DNA of 64,000 nt from Squalus acanthias (Eukaryota): the NCBI GenBank assembly GCA_030390025.1, contig CM059438.1:82770001-82834000 (forward strand), given 5' to 3'. The notes under the pieces are model-generated. The model saw nothing but the letters and a program-made list of their open reading frames with translations. It was not told the DNA's origin and ran no database searches. Within the stretch, counting starts at the first letter, position 1. Every line of letters begins with the position of its first letter. A program made the position numbers and the translations under genes. Positions 1 to 11,845 of this stretch are shown piece by piece.

Positions 1-2939
1 AAATTTTTTTAAATTGTGCTGGACTCTTACAATTAAGGGACACTAGTGTACTCAGTAAAAAACATAGTAAGATGTCTTGCTCAGTGCAGCAGTAACTTTG
101 GTTCAGTTTAAGACTGCACCATTGGGCAGCATCAAAATTGCTTGATTTTATGCAGGCCATATATTGGCTCTCCTGATATTGAGGTATGGACCCTCTTCTC
201 TCCCACCCAACTAACGCTGTCTGCATCACAAAATCATTAACTTCCCATCATTGCCAGTACTTGGATGATGACTGCAGACATGGAAGTGCTGCTAGTATTG
301 GGGTAAATCCTCCATTATCACCTTGTTGTAGAAGGCAAGGAAGAAACCTTGTGCTCCAGGCTCAATGTATTGTGCCATGCTTTGATGCGAAAAAGCACTT
401 TTGCCTCTTCCCTTTCCGGCACACACGTGAGCACGTTGTATGGATAGTATTATTAAAAATAACTAAGATTTGAAATTTCTTGTGGTTCTTTCTGTAGTTG
501 ATGCCCTTTGTGATGTTCATGTGAATCAGATTGCACTGTAAAGTTGGCCCTATTGTCATTTTGTATTAAAATAGCCTAGTGGTAATGGAGAAACTGCTAA
601 TGCAGGTATAATAATATTAACCACGAAACAATAAAAAAAATTCTCTACCTTTTTTGTAATGAAGTTATGAAAGAAAACAAGGTACACTGCTCTGACTGGC
701 AGGCGCACCATTCCAAATCTGTATTTGTTTAGTGGTAAAAAAGGATAAGTAATTTTACTTCTTTAGCTGGTCTTTCTGCAAATGATATCCCATTGTATTA
801 GGCAGTTTGCATGTGTCCAGGGTAATGTTTATATCTGTGGTCAGACTCAAAAACTGAATTCTGACGTGTGTATTCGGAGAAACTTGCTGGCTATTTCCTC
901 TCTCCCCATCCCCATCTCCTCTTCATTATGCTATTCGTCGGCTGTGCAGTTGCAGTCTTTACAAAGCAAAAGAGATAACTCAGCATGTTTGCATACATAT
1001 GAAATTGTGTTTATGTCGCCTATTAAAAGCTTGTTAGAAAGGCATGGATTTCTACTGGTGACAGTCATAAATTATAAACATTATATCTCAGATCAGGGTT
1101 TATCAGAGAGTGCTGCAAATGTGGCTGCAGTATTCTAATCCAAAATGAGGAAAGAAAAAATTATTTAAAAACTGCAAATACTGGTTTGCAAACTAGTAAG
1201 ATGGACGTTTGATATTTTTGTAGCATCTCTGAATAGGCAAGGAACAATTCTGAAGAATTGGTGGGATGATCCTAACTTGGAATTTGTTTAAGAAATGGCT
1301 GAAAAATCAGATTTTTTGTCGGAAATGTTTATCCTATGTTGCAGGATAAGCTTTGATTGAAATGCCCTTAATTTATAAAATTAATAACTTGTTATGCAGC
1401 TGTAAGCCTCAGCAACATGCAGGCATTGAATTGAAACCCCTGCTGATGTGGCCAGGAGCTATAGTTCAGTGTGTTTTCATTTATTCAGTTTTCCTGCCAG
1501 TGGAACATGTGCAGCAGTTTCTGTGCTTAAAGGGTTAATGGTGCAGCACTTGTAAGGCTAACTTTTGGCCTCTATTTGACCCCTTTGTGGGGATGAATTC
1601 CTTAAATACTTGCAGTATCATGTCATCTTAATGTTGAGAGGAGCAAGGCAGGGGCGCTCCAAAAAAAAACTGCCCAAGCTGATCCAGTGGTAAATTTATT
1701 TTTTGCAACAAGGTATTTGTAAAGGGCTTGTGCAGCAGCAGTTAGCAACTTTAAGTGTTCCAAATTAATTTTGAAGAAAAAATAATTCGAACATTTCAAA
1801 AAGTCTTAAAGTGGTAACATAGGAATTTCTATTATTTAATATTTTTTGATGTTTGTAATAATTCAGTTGTTTCTTGTATAGTAGAAAAGGCTACAAGTTG
1901 AACAAGTGAAATTAACAAAATTACAGAATACCTCCATATCTGAAATTGACATGCACACAGCACATCTGGCACACCTGGTACCTGATTTCGCAGGTTTGCA
2001 TTCACAAAGACACACTCCTGTTCTTCATAAAAATTCCCCTTCTCTGCACTGTTTTTTTTAAATTTAGAGGTTTTCAGATTGTTCATTACAAGATTTTCAA
2101 AATCTATATAAAAAGACGTCCCATTGTTTTAAAATTCAGCATGTTTAAATTTTAAATTTAGCCATATATGAGCACATTTCTCCTGTAGCTGTTGAATGTA
2201 TAGAAAATGTATGACAATTGGTTCCATTCCCTAAGGATAATTTGGATGTTTCTCTACCCCCCACCCTCGCCGGCCAGTCCCTAAGGAGGCCTAATAGAAG
2301 CAAATTAAACTGCAGGGTCTTAAAACTCATTGTGGAAATTGAAGGCTTTGCTCTCGGTAACTGTAAAGGATCAAATGCAAGCTGTTTATATTTCTTTCAC
2401 TATGTCGCAGCAAAAGTATTTGACTTTTTCTGAAAAGGGGCTAAATAGGTTATAAATTTTTTAATGCCATGCTGTAACTGTTGAACCATTTCTTCAACAA
2501 AATTGCAACTGACTATTGCTTTGGTTTAATTAGAATGGCAGGTCACCTCTGTGTGGATGACCTGGACTGAATTTCCTACAGATATGGAAAAATAAAAACC
2601 TTTCCACTGGCAAGACTTTAGATGGTAAATTATAGACGCTTAGATTTTATTTATTTGATTGACTGATACAAAACACTAGGCTTGTGTGTTAATGCTCTGA
2701 GAACGACTCTTTACGAGTACAAGAGATTAGAAAATATTTGATAACTTTTTTTTCTGCCATTTTTCTCCCCATCTGAAACTGTGAAATCATTACTTGGGTG
2801 TGGTTTCATGAGTGCTAGCTCCATTGTGGTACATCGCACATTATTCATACGTGTTCCTTTAGAGTGGGCCTTGGCAAACTGTTCGACTGCAGGGGTATCA
2901 CCGCTGTGTTTGATCTTGTCCTCCCGTACCCACACATGC

Positions 2940-3110
2940 ACACTTCTAACACTGGGTAATGAAGTGGAGCAGGAAATCTGGCTGTTTTCTCCCTGAGGAG
3001 TATCAGATCAATTGTAGCATCTGACTCAACCCTGACTGAGATCAGCTAATTTAGCACAAAGCAGGGATTAAATCTGAGATCTTACTGGCCTGTATGGGGT
3101 GAGCAGGTAA
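2940..3110 (-). mobile_element. Decayed ancient SINE fragment (AmnSINE2-like family)
   Basis: ctgagatcagctaatttagcaca and caattgtagc are shared with the copies at 11270, 40275 and 43670. The family name is from recall. Confidence 0.45.
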
Positions 3111-4104
3111 TTATTGACTTTTTAACAAACTTGATATCTTAAACTCTGTCTTAAAAGGAATGTGTTTCAATTTACCTGTGTAAATGGGTGAAATGTTGGA
3201 AGAAAAACTTAAAACAGACCTAAGAACAGTGAGCAGATGTTTGCTTTATAAAAGATGTTCCAAGGAGTGCCAAAGTGATTGATGAATGTCTTTTTGAAAG
3301 TTTATTTTTTAAATATAGGCCCATTGGTGTTGTAATTTAGAGTCAGCCAGCAGGACAGACACACTTTTTTTTTACCATTTGTGGCACAGGCACAGAGTTG
3401 ACGCTTCATGTCTGCCACAGACAAACTCGTTTGTAAATGAGATGGTTAATATGGTTGCTGCCCTCCTGCTCTATTTCATCAGCCATGTTTGACTAAGCAC
3501 CCAGGAGGGATGGGCACAAGGAGCTCCTCCAACAATAATGTACTGTAATTGTTAGTCACATCAAAATCCACAAGTTGCTGGCATGGGTACAAATAGGACT
3601 GGCACCAGCCCTCAAAGAGGAACTTTGGGCCCTATATCTTCTGGAATGCTGTGCCATCTTTACTATTACTATTTTGTCCTTTCAGTAGTCCTGTAAATAA
3701 TTATGGAGAGTATCTCATGACACATAGGGTTGCTTCCCAGAACATTTACAACATGTCAAACCAAACAACAGCAGCTGAGGGTCAAAAATAAATGATGCAT
3801 TTTGTACTTTCAGAACAGTGATGATGAGAAAAGTTTCTGAAGTAATAAAATGAGAATAAGTGGATACAAACAGAAGGAAATGTACCCATAAAAATGGAAA
3901 AGGAGGCGAGGGTAAACCGTATGCAAGAGAAATAACCTTTTACATATTCATAATTTTTATTTCTCATGATCAAATTTATGCTCTTAAAATATTGAGTTCC
4001 AAATGCTCCATTTTTGCGATGATCAGTGATACTGAGCCTTGGTATACCAATATACTTTTCTGATTATTAGTTTTGTGATTATAAGTAGTCTTCTCTCTCA
4101 CAGG

Positions 4105-4250
4105 ACTTGGCTTAGTGATAGCTTTCTTGCCCCTGAATTAGAAAGTTGTGGGATAAAGCCCTACTGCAAGACTTCATTCAGTACATAATCTAAGCTAACA
4201 CTGCAGTGCGGTACTGACAGAGTTTTGCAATGTCGGAGGTGCCTAATATT
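4105..4250 (+). mobile_element. Decayed tRNA-derived head of a DeuSINE-like element
   Basis: ttggcttagtgatagc...ataatctaagctaacactgcagtgcggtactga...gtcggaggtgcc matches the reverse complement of the 38940 and 54980 copies. Confidence 0.55.
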
Positions 4251-5169
4251 TATATTATGTATACAGCACATTGTGTCAGGGAGTGTTGGACGTTGGGTTC
4301 CTTCAGCAATGTGTTTGTGTTCTCGTTGATGGAGGCATGGAGTGGAGGTGAGCATTTCCTTTCACAGGAGGAAGGATAGAAGAAATACAGAATGGGGAGT
4401 TACTGTAGGTTGTAATTGTTCATTTTGTAGTGGCCAGTTCCAGAGCAAGAATTGGTAACTGCATTGGAACGAGTTTTTCCTTAATCTCTGAATGAGGAAT
4501 AGCAGATAATTTGTGGAATGGGGAAACCAAGAGTGGAGAAAAACTGCCACAATACCAATTCAAACACATGCTCCATTGGAAGATTTTGTTAACAGCACCT
4601 ACTCTAACAGTTTCAGTATCTGAGTGTTTACATTGACATTTTCTGTAAACATTTACAATGCTTACTTATGAGATTGCAGCAGTGACCAAATCCTATTAGA
4701 GATGAGATTTGTCGTTTTCAGTGATTATGTCACAGTTTCAGTATGTTTTTGTTCTTTTACATTTTATAAAAGCCCTTTTGTCTAATTTCATAAGCCTTCA
4801 TAGTGCTGGAGCCTATTGCCATTACTGACAGGAATTGGGTGGCTGTCCAATTTATGGCTTTTACTAGACTAGTGGAATAATGGTAATACAGCACCTCAGT
4901 GTACTGACCCACCGCACCACAGATGGAAAGCAAATCTCAGCCTCATCATTCTTCACAAAATTAGATCCTATTTGGGGAGATGGACTGGTGGGTGGGCGGG
5001 GGGGAGAAAATTGGAGGGTGATTTGATCTGTGATCTGGTTCAGTAGTCACCGATTGATTTTGTGAGTGTGATCTCTTTTGAACACCTTGATTGCAATTAA
5101 AGTTGTAACTTCTCAGCAATTTATTATATCTAGCTATCTTTTATCACTCTATCATATATTAAAAATGGA

Positions 5170-6498
5170 TCATAGAATGAGTACAGCACAGAGGAAAGAC
5201 ATTCGGCCCGTCGAGCCCATGCTGCCTCTCAGCTAGTCCCACTCCCCTGCCTTTTCCCTGTAGCCCTGCAAAATTTTTTCTTTCAGATACTTATCCAACT
5301 CCCTTTTGAAAGGTAAGATTGAGTCTGCCTCCACCACCCTTTCAGGCAGTGCATTCCAGATCTTAACCACTCGCTGCGTAAAAACGTTTTTTCTTACGTC
5401 GCCTTTGGTTGTTTTGCCAATCACCTTAAATCTGTGTCCTCTGGTTCTCGACCCTTCTGCCAATGGGAACAGTTTCTATCTACTCTGTCCAGACCCCTCT
5501 TGATTTTGAACACCTCTATCAAATCTCCTCTCAATCTTCTCTGCTCCAAGGAGAACAACCCCAGCTTCTCCAGTCTATCAACGTAACTGAAGTCCCTCAT
5601 TCCTGGAATCATTCTCATAAATCTTTTCTGCACCTTCTCTAAGGCCTTCACATCCTTCCTAAAGTGTGGTGCCCAGAATTGGACACAGTACTCCAGTTGG
5701 GGCCGGAGCAGTGTTTTATACAGGTTCTTCATAATTTCCACACTTTTGTACTCTATACCTCTACTTATGAAGCCCAGGATCCCATAAGCCTTTTTAACTG
5801 CTTTCTCAACCTGCCCTGCCACCTTCAATGATTTGTGCACACATACCCCATGATCTCTCTGTTCGTGCACCCCCTTCAGGATTGTACCATGTAGTTTATA
5901 TGTCCTTTCCTCATTCTTTCTACCAAAATGTATCACTTCGCACTTTTCTGCGTTAAATTTCATCTGCCACGTGTCCGCCCATTTCACCAGCCTGTCTATG
6001 TCTTCCTGAAGTCTATCACTATCCTCCTCACTGTTCACTATACTTCTGTTTCTTGTCACTTAGCCAATTTCATATCCATGCTGTCACTGTCCCTTTTATT
6101 TAATGGGCTTCAACTTTGCTGGCAAGCCTATTATGTGGCACTTTGTCGAACACCTTTTGGAAATCCATGTACACTACACCAACCGCATTACCCTCATCAA
6201 CCCTCTCTGTTATCTCATCAAAAAACTCGATCAAGTTGGTTAAACACCATTTGCCTTTAACAAATCCGTGCTGGCTTTCCTTAATTAATCCACACCTATC
6301 CAATTGACTGTTAATTTTGTCCCTGATTACTGTTTCTAAAAGCTTCCCCACTACCGAGGTTAAACTGACTGGCCTGTAGTTGCTGGGTTTATCTTTACAC
6401 CCTTTTTTTGAACAATGGTGTAACATTTGCAATTCTCCAGTCCTCTGGCACCACCCCCATATCTATGGAGGATTGGAATATTATGGCCAGTACCTCCG
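5170..6498 (-). mobile_element. CR1 LINE, 5'-truncated and internally deleted
   Basis: Minus-strand ORFs give NYRPVSLTSVVGK, QHGFVKG, YMDFQKVFDKVPH, WQMKFNAEKC, LEYCVQFWAP and TRGHRFK. The 3' tail lies near 5170. Confidence 0.93.
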
Positions 6499-6786
6499 TA
6501 TATAATTGTCATATTGCAGACGTTACACTTTACTCTAGATGCAAAAACAGTTTTAAAATACTGGCTGCTTTTGAGCTGTAATCATAAGAAACAAGTATAT
6601 TCCAGTTTATAAAGTTCCCTGACTGAACAATAATTAAACTCTGGGTGACTTCAGATTGTGCTTACTTATAGCAATTAGACTTTATAGGATTAAAGAACCA
6701 CATGCGTGTGTGCCAAATTGTGTTTGATAATGCTCATGTGAAGCGTCTTGGGACATTTAACTATGTTAAACGTGCTATATAAATGC

Positions 6787-7203
6787 TTGATTGGCACCCC
6801 ATCCACCACCTTAAACATTCACTCCCTCCACCACCGGCATACCGTGTCTGCAGTGTGTACCGTCTACAAGATGCACTGCAGCAACTCGCCAAGGCTTCTT
6901 CGGCAGCATCTCCCAAACCTGCGACCTCGACCACTTAGAAGGAAAAGGTCAGCAGGCGCATGGGAACGCCACCACCTCCAGGTTCCCCTACCATCCTGAC
7001 TTGGAAGTATATCGCTGTTCCTTCATTGTCACTGGGTCAAAATCCTGGAACTCCCTCCCTAACAGCACTGTGGGAGCACCTTCACCACATGGACTGCAGC
7101 GGTTCAAGAAGGCGGCTCACCACCACCTTCTTAAGGGCAATTAGGGATGGGCAATAAATGCTGGCCTTGCCAGCAACGCCCAAATCCTGTAAATAAATTT
7201 TAA
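6787..7203 (+). mobile_element. 3' fragment of a second CR1-group LINE family, inserted in an L2-type tail
   Basis: Close homology to 23000-23370 (ttgattggcacccc...gcagcaactcgccaag...gcagcggttcaagaag). Flanked by aaatgc at 6781-6786 and 7204-7209. Confidence 0.75.
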
Positions 7204-7564
7204 AAATGCATGTTGTTGTTGTATGTGTGTATATAATATGTAGAATCAGTAGTATTAGTTCCACATAAATTCCCCATCCCTGTCAGGATTCAATTAACAA
7301 GAGTACTTTCATTGGTTCCCCAAATAGCTCAAAGAGTTTGTCCAGTAACCGTACAGGACCGTATTCAGTCAGCACTAAAATGCCAGCAGCTCTGAGTTAG
7401 GTGCAAGAGTGACTGTCAGGTGTGGAAAGGATTTTAAGTGTGGCTATTATTTTCCCCACAGTTGAGTTTTACTGTCGGGACTAACTATCAAGGCTCGCAC
7501 ATGAATTTTGGCCACTTGGATGAGGTATATCAGAGTGTTTGGCACCATGGAACTTGACCTCAAC

Positions 7565-10105
7565 AAACAACAACAGCAACAACTTGTATTTATATTGCGA
7601 CTTTAATGTAGTAAAACGTTCCAAGGCACTTCACAGGAGTGTTAGAAAACAAAATTTGACACTGAGCCACATAAGGAGAAATTAGGGGAGATGACCAAAA
7701 GCTTGGCCAAAGAGGTAGGTTTTAAGGAGCGTCTTAAAGGAGGAAAGAGAGGTACATCGGATTACATAGGATATACGGCACAGAAACAGGCCATTCGGCC
7801 CAACCAGTCCATGCCGGCGTTTATGCTCCACTCGAACCTCCTCCCGTCTTTCCTCATCTAAATCTATCAGCATAACCCTCTATTCCCTTCTCCCTCATAT
7901 GTTTGTCTAGCCTCCCCTTAAATGCATTATACTTTTCGCTTCAACCACTTCCTGTGGTAGCGAGTTCCTCATTCTCACCACTCTGGGTAAAAAAGTTTCT
8001 TCTGAATTCCCTATTGGATTTCTTGGTGACTACCTTGTATTGATGGCCTCTAGTTATGCTCTTCCCCACAAGTGGAAACATTCTCTCTGTATCCACTCTA
8101 TCAAAACCTTTCATAATTTTAAAGACCTCTATTAGGTCACCCCTCAGCCTTTTTTCAAAAGAAAAGAGACCCAGCCTGTTCATCCTTTCCTGATAAATGT
8201 ATACCCTTGCATTTCTGGTATCATCCTTGTAAGTCTTCTATGCACCCTCTCCAGTGCCTCTATATCCTTTTTATACTATGGCGACCAGAACTGTATGCAG
8301 TACTCTAAGTGTGGTCTAACCAAGGTTCGATACAGGTTTAACATAACTTCCCTACTTTTCAATTCTATACCTCGAGAAATAAACCCTAGTGCTTGGTTTG
8401 CTTTTTTTATGGCCCTGCTAACCTGTATCGCAACTTTTAGTGATTTGTGTATTTGTACTCTGAGATCCCTTTGTTCCTCTACCCCACCTAGCCTTGCACC
8501 CTCCAAGTAATAAGTGACCTCCCTATTCTTCCTACCAAAATGTAATACCTCGCATTTATCTGTGTTGAACTTCATTTGACAATTAAATGCCCATTCTGCA
8601 AGTTTATTAATGTCCTCCTGTAATTTGTTGCAGTCCTCCTCAGTATTGACTATCCCCCCGCCAATTTGGTGTCATCCGCAAATTTAGAAATTGTGTTTTT
8701 GATTCCAAAGTCTAAATCGTTAATATAAATTGTGAACAGCAGTGGTCCCAGCACTGATCCTTGTGGAACACCACTACCCACCTTCTGCCACTGTGAATAG
8801 CTACCTTTTACCCCTACTCTCTGCTTTCTGTCTTGAAGCCAGCGAGCTATCCATTCTGCTACTTGTCCCAACTCCGCATTCTCTGATCTTGTTCATCAGT
8901 CTATTATGTGGTACCTGATCGAAGGCCTTTTGAAAAATCTAGATAAATTACATCTATTGCATTACCATTGTCTGTTAAGCTGACTGATCTATAATTCCCT
9001 GGACATGTTCTATCTCTGTTCTTAAATATAGGTATTACGTTAGCTATCCACCAGTCCTCTGGCAATACACCTTTTTCGAACGAATTATTAAATATGTGTA
9101 GTAATGCCTCTGCTATCTCTTCCCTAGATTCTTTTAAAATGCGTGGATGCAATCCATCTGGACTAGGGGTTTTATCCTCTTTGAATTTGATTAGTTTATT
9201 TAATATATCCCCTCTTTTTATTTTAAATGCACTTATCTCATTACTAATCTCATCATCCAATGTCATGTCCACCTGTTCTATCTCCCTGGTAAATACTGAA
9301 GCAAAATAATTATTTAATATTCTGCCATCTGTCTATCGTTACCTGTGGTATTATCCTGTCTATCCCTTAATGGCCCTATTCCCATCCCAACCTTCCTTTT
9401 TTATTGATGTCCTTGCCTGTGAAATATTTTACTATTTTGTTTTATGTTCCTTGATAATTTAATTTCATAGTTCCTTTTTGTCTTCCTAATTGTTTTTTTT
9501 GGGTTCTCTCCTAATCTCTTCATATTCTCCCTTATCATGCACTCCCCTGCTGTCTATGTAGTTAATGTATGCCTCTTTCCTTACCTTCAATTGTTCCCTT
9601 ATGGCTTTATTCATCCATGGAGTCTCATTAGTGTTTCATTCCTTTTAACGGAATATATTGTTGCTACACTCTGTCGAACACTGTTTTAAATGTTTCCCAT
9701 TGCTATTCTACATCGTTGTTTGCCAATATTGTTGCCCATTTTATTTTCCCAAGTTCTATTCTCAGCCCCTCAAAATCAGCTTTTCTCCAATCTATTACCC
9801 TGGTTTTTGTCATACTTATGTCCTTCTCAATTATCATCTTAAAGTGTATTATATTATGGTCACTATTGCCTAGATGTTCTCCTACTTTTACTTCTCTTAT
9901 CTGCTCTGGTTCATTCCCCATTACTAGGTCCAATAGCAAATCCTCCCTTAGGTTTAGGGAGGGAATTCCAGAGCTTAGGGCCTAGGCAGCTGAAGGCACG
10001 ACTGCCAATGGTTGAGCGATTAAAATCAGGGATGCTCAAGAGGCCAGAATTAGAGGAGCGCAGATATCTCTGGGGGGGTTTAAGGGCTGGAGGAGATTAC
10101 AAAGA
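7565..10105 (-). mobile_element. L2 LINE 3' fragment split in two (about 7565-7754 and 9950-10105) by a CR1 insertion
   Basis: Both halves are reverse-complement matches of contiguous sequence in the + strand L2 at 52330-52560 (tgaccaagctttt; ttccctccctaaacct). A caa-rich tail is present at 7561-7583. Confidence 0.8.
7755..9949 (-). mobile_element. CR1 LINE ORF2 remnant (endonuclease end to RT to 3' tail), frameshifted
   Basis: [60 protein letters not shown] and LEYCIQFWSP appear in successive minus-strand ORFs. Confidence 0.95.
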
Positions 10106-11269
10106 CTCACAGTGGGTATTTGCTTGGGGTTCTCATCAGCTGCCATTCCTTCAGTGGAAGATCAGTGAAGTCCTTGTTTGTGCAGTCTATCTGGGGTTTC
10201 TGCTGAACTTATGGCAGCTGATTAAGAGAACACCTGAGGAAAGAGGAAGGAAAAAGTACTTTTGTCATATTAATGTAAAATTTGTCTTCTTCCTTACACA
10301 TAAAATCTACAGTGACTGTTTTAATAAGCATTTCATGCTGGTGATTCTCAGGACAGTGTTAAGGATCTACCTCACTGTTATAATGAAGTTATACGCTGCC
10401 TTGAATGTATTGAAGCCTTGTAACATGCTCCCACGCATATAATATGAGTGAATAATCACTTCATATATATTATATGAATGAGAGATATTTTTCAGACAAG
10501 ACTTTATTTGCTCATGTAGTTTTTGTACTTAATCATCTTGCAAGAGGGGGAAAAAAAACTTGATGCGGCTCTTCATGTGACAGGCTGATTTTCCACCCCT
10601 GTTGTGTTGCTGCTTGCTGTAGTTAATATTCGGCTGTAAGTGTCTTGGAGAAGTAAACCAAAGGGCCCCGCACATGACACTAGAGTGCATTTCCATTAAT
10701 TATGCAGTCAGAACTGGTGAGAAAATGCTGTCATAGAAAGCCAGTAAATGAGATCTCTTCAAATAGGGCTGAATGAAGTGCATTCACTTTATTTAAGCCA
10801 GAATGTTGCCGTAAGTGCAAAGAAGGACACAATGGACATTTTTGCTGGTGGTTTTTAATTACTGTACGCTTAGTTGTTATGTGAAGTGCTTAAATGAGAA
10901 GGATGCTGCAGTTTCACAAATTCAGTGTTTTACTGTAATGTGCAGACACCCTGATGCAAAGTGTCTGCTGTGGAGAGAATGTTGGACATGCAATTAAAGA
11001 CTCTGCAACATAGCAGTTTAGTGGAATAATATTATCAATTTTATAGCTCAATTTGTTCTTTCAATTGTTTCGGGAGAAGTAAAGCAGATTTCAAAATATA
11101 TGCATGTTACATGTGTGTATGTCTTCACAAGAACTGGGCGCATGACTGGAAATAGTAGGGTTTGACTGTCTGGTTCATAACATCTGCGTAGTTCAATGAT
11201 GGTTTTTGCTGATTGTTTCCCCTCTACCCCTTTGCAGAAATCATTGACTGACTGACCTTACTGAGAAAA

Positions 11270-11845
11270 AGTTCCACAGGCATCAGTTGCTCTCTGGTAC
11301 TTCACCCACGTGGCCATTATTTATGTGAGCCTGGACCATGTGCTGGCAGGCTTTTGGACTGCACAGGGCATCACAGCTAAGGCTGCACTTCTCCTCACCT
11401 GACATCCACACATTTGCTTTCTCGCAGGAGTCGTTGAATAGCAATCATGAGTGGGATCACTGGGTGATTTTCCCTCTTCAACCCAGGAGGTCTGAGGCCA
11501 ATTGTATGGCCCCTGTCTGCTACCCCAGCTGAGATTAGTCAACCCAGCACAGACTGGGGATCACATTTGGGACCTTCCTTCTCTGAATGACTTGGACTCC
11601 GTGCGTAAACTCACTGAGCCATCAGAAGAGCCGGTGTATTACATGCTTTCCTGATGACTCCGTGGTTTTATCCAATGTGTAGCTGAGCATTACGGATCAG
11701 GAAGGTCAGTGATTTCACCTGATTTCTGTTCTGTGTTAACTGATCTCGCCCAGGATGACCGCAGGGATGGTACAATTGTGCATCGCGCTTCCGCATTAGA
11801 GAAGGGAAAACTGTGGCGTTCCTGTGCCTGTGGAACTATACCCTA
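11270..11845. mobile_element. Two ancient SINE copies (AmnSINE2-like) in head-to-head orientation: about 11270-11635 minus and 11645-11845 plus
   Basis: ggaccttcct (11571-11580) opposes aggaaggtc (11699-11707), and gctgagattagtcaacccagcacaga opposes tctgtgttaactgatctc. caattgta and tacaattg occur on opposite strands. Confidence 0.55.
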
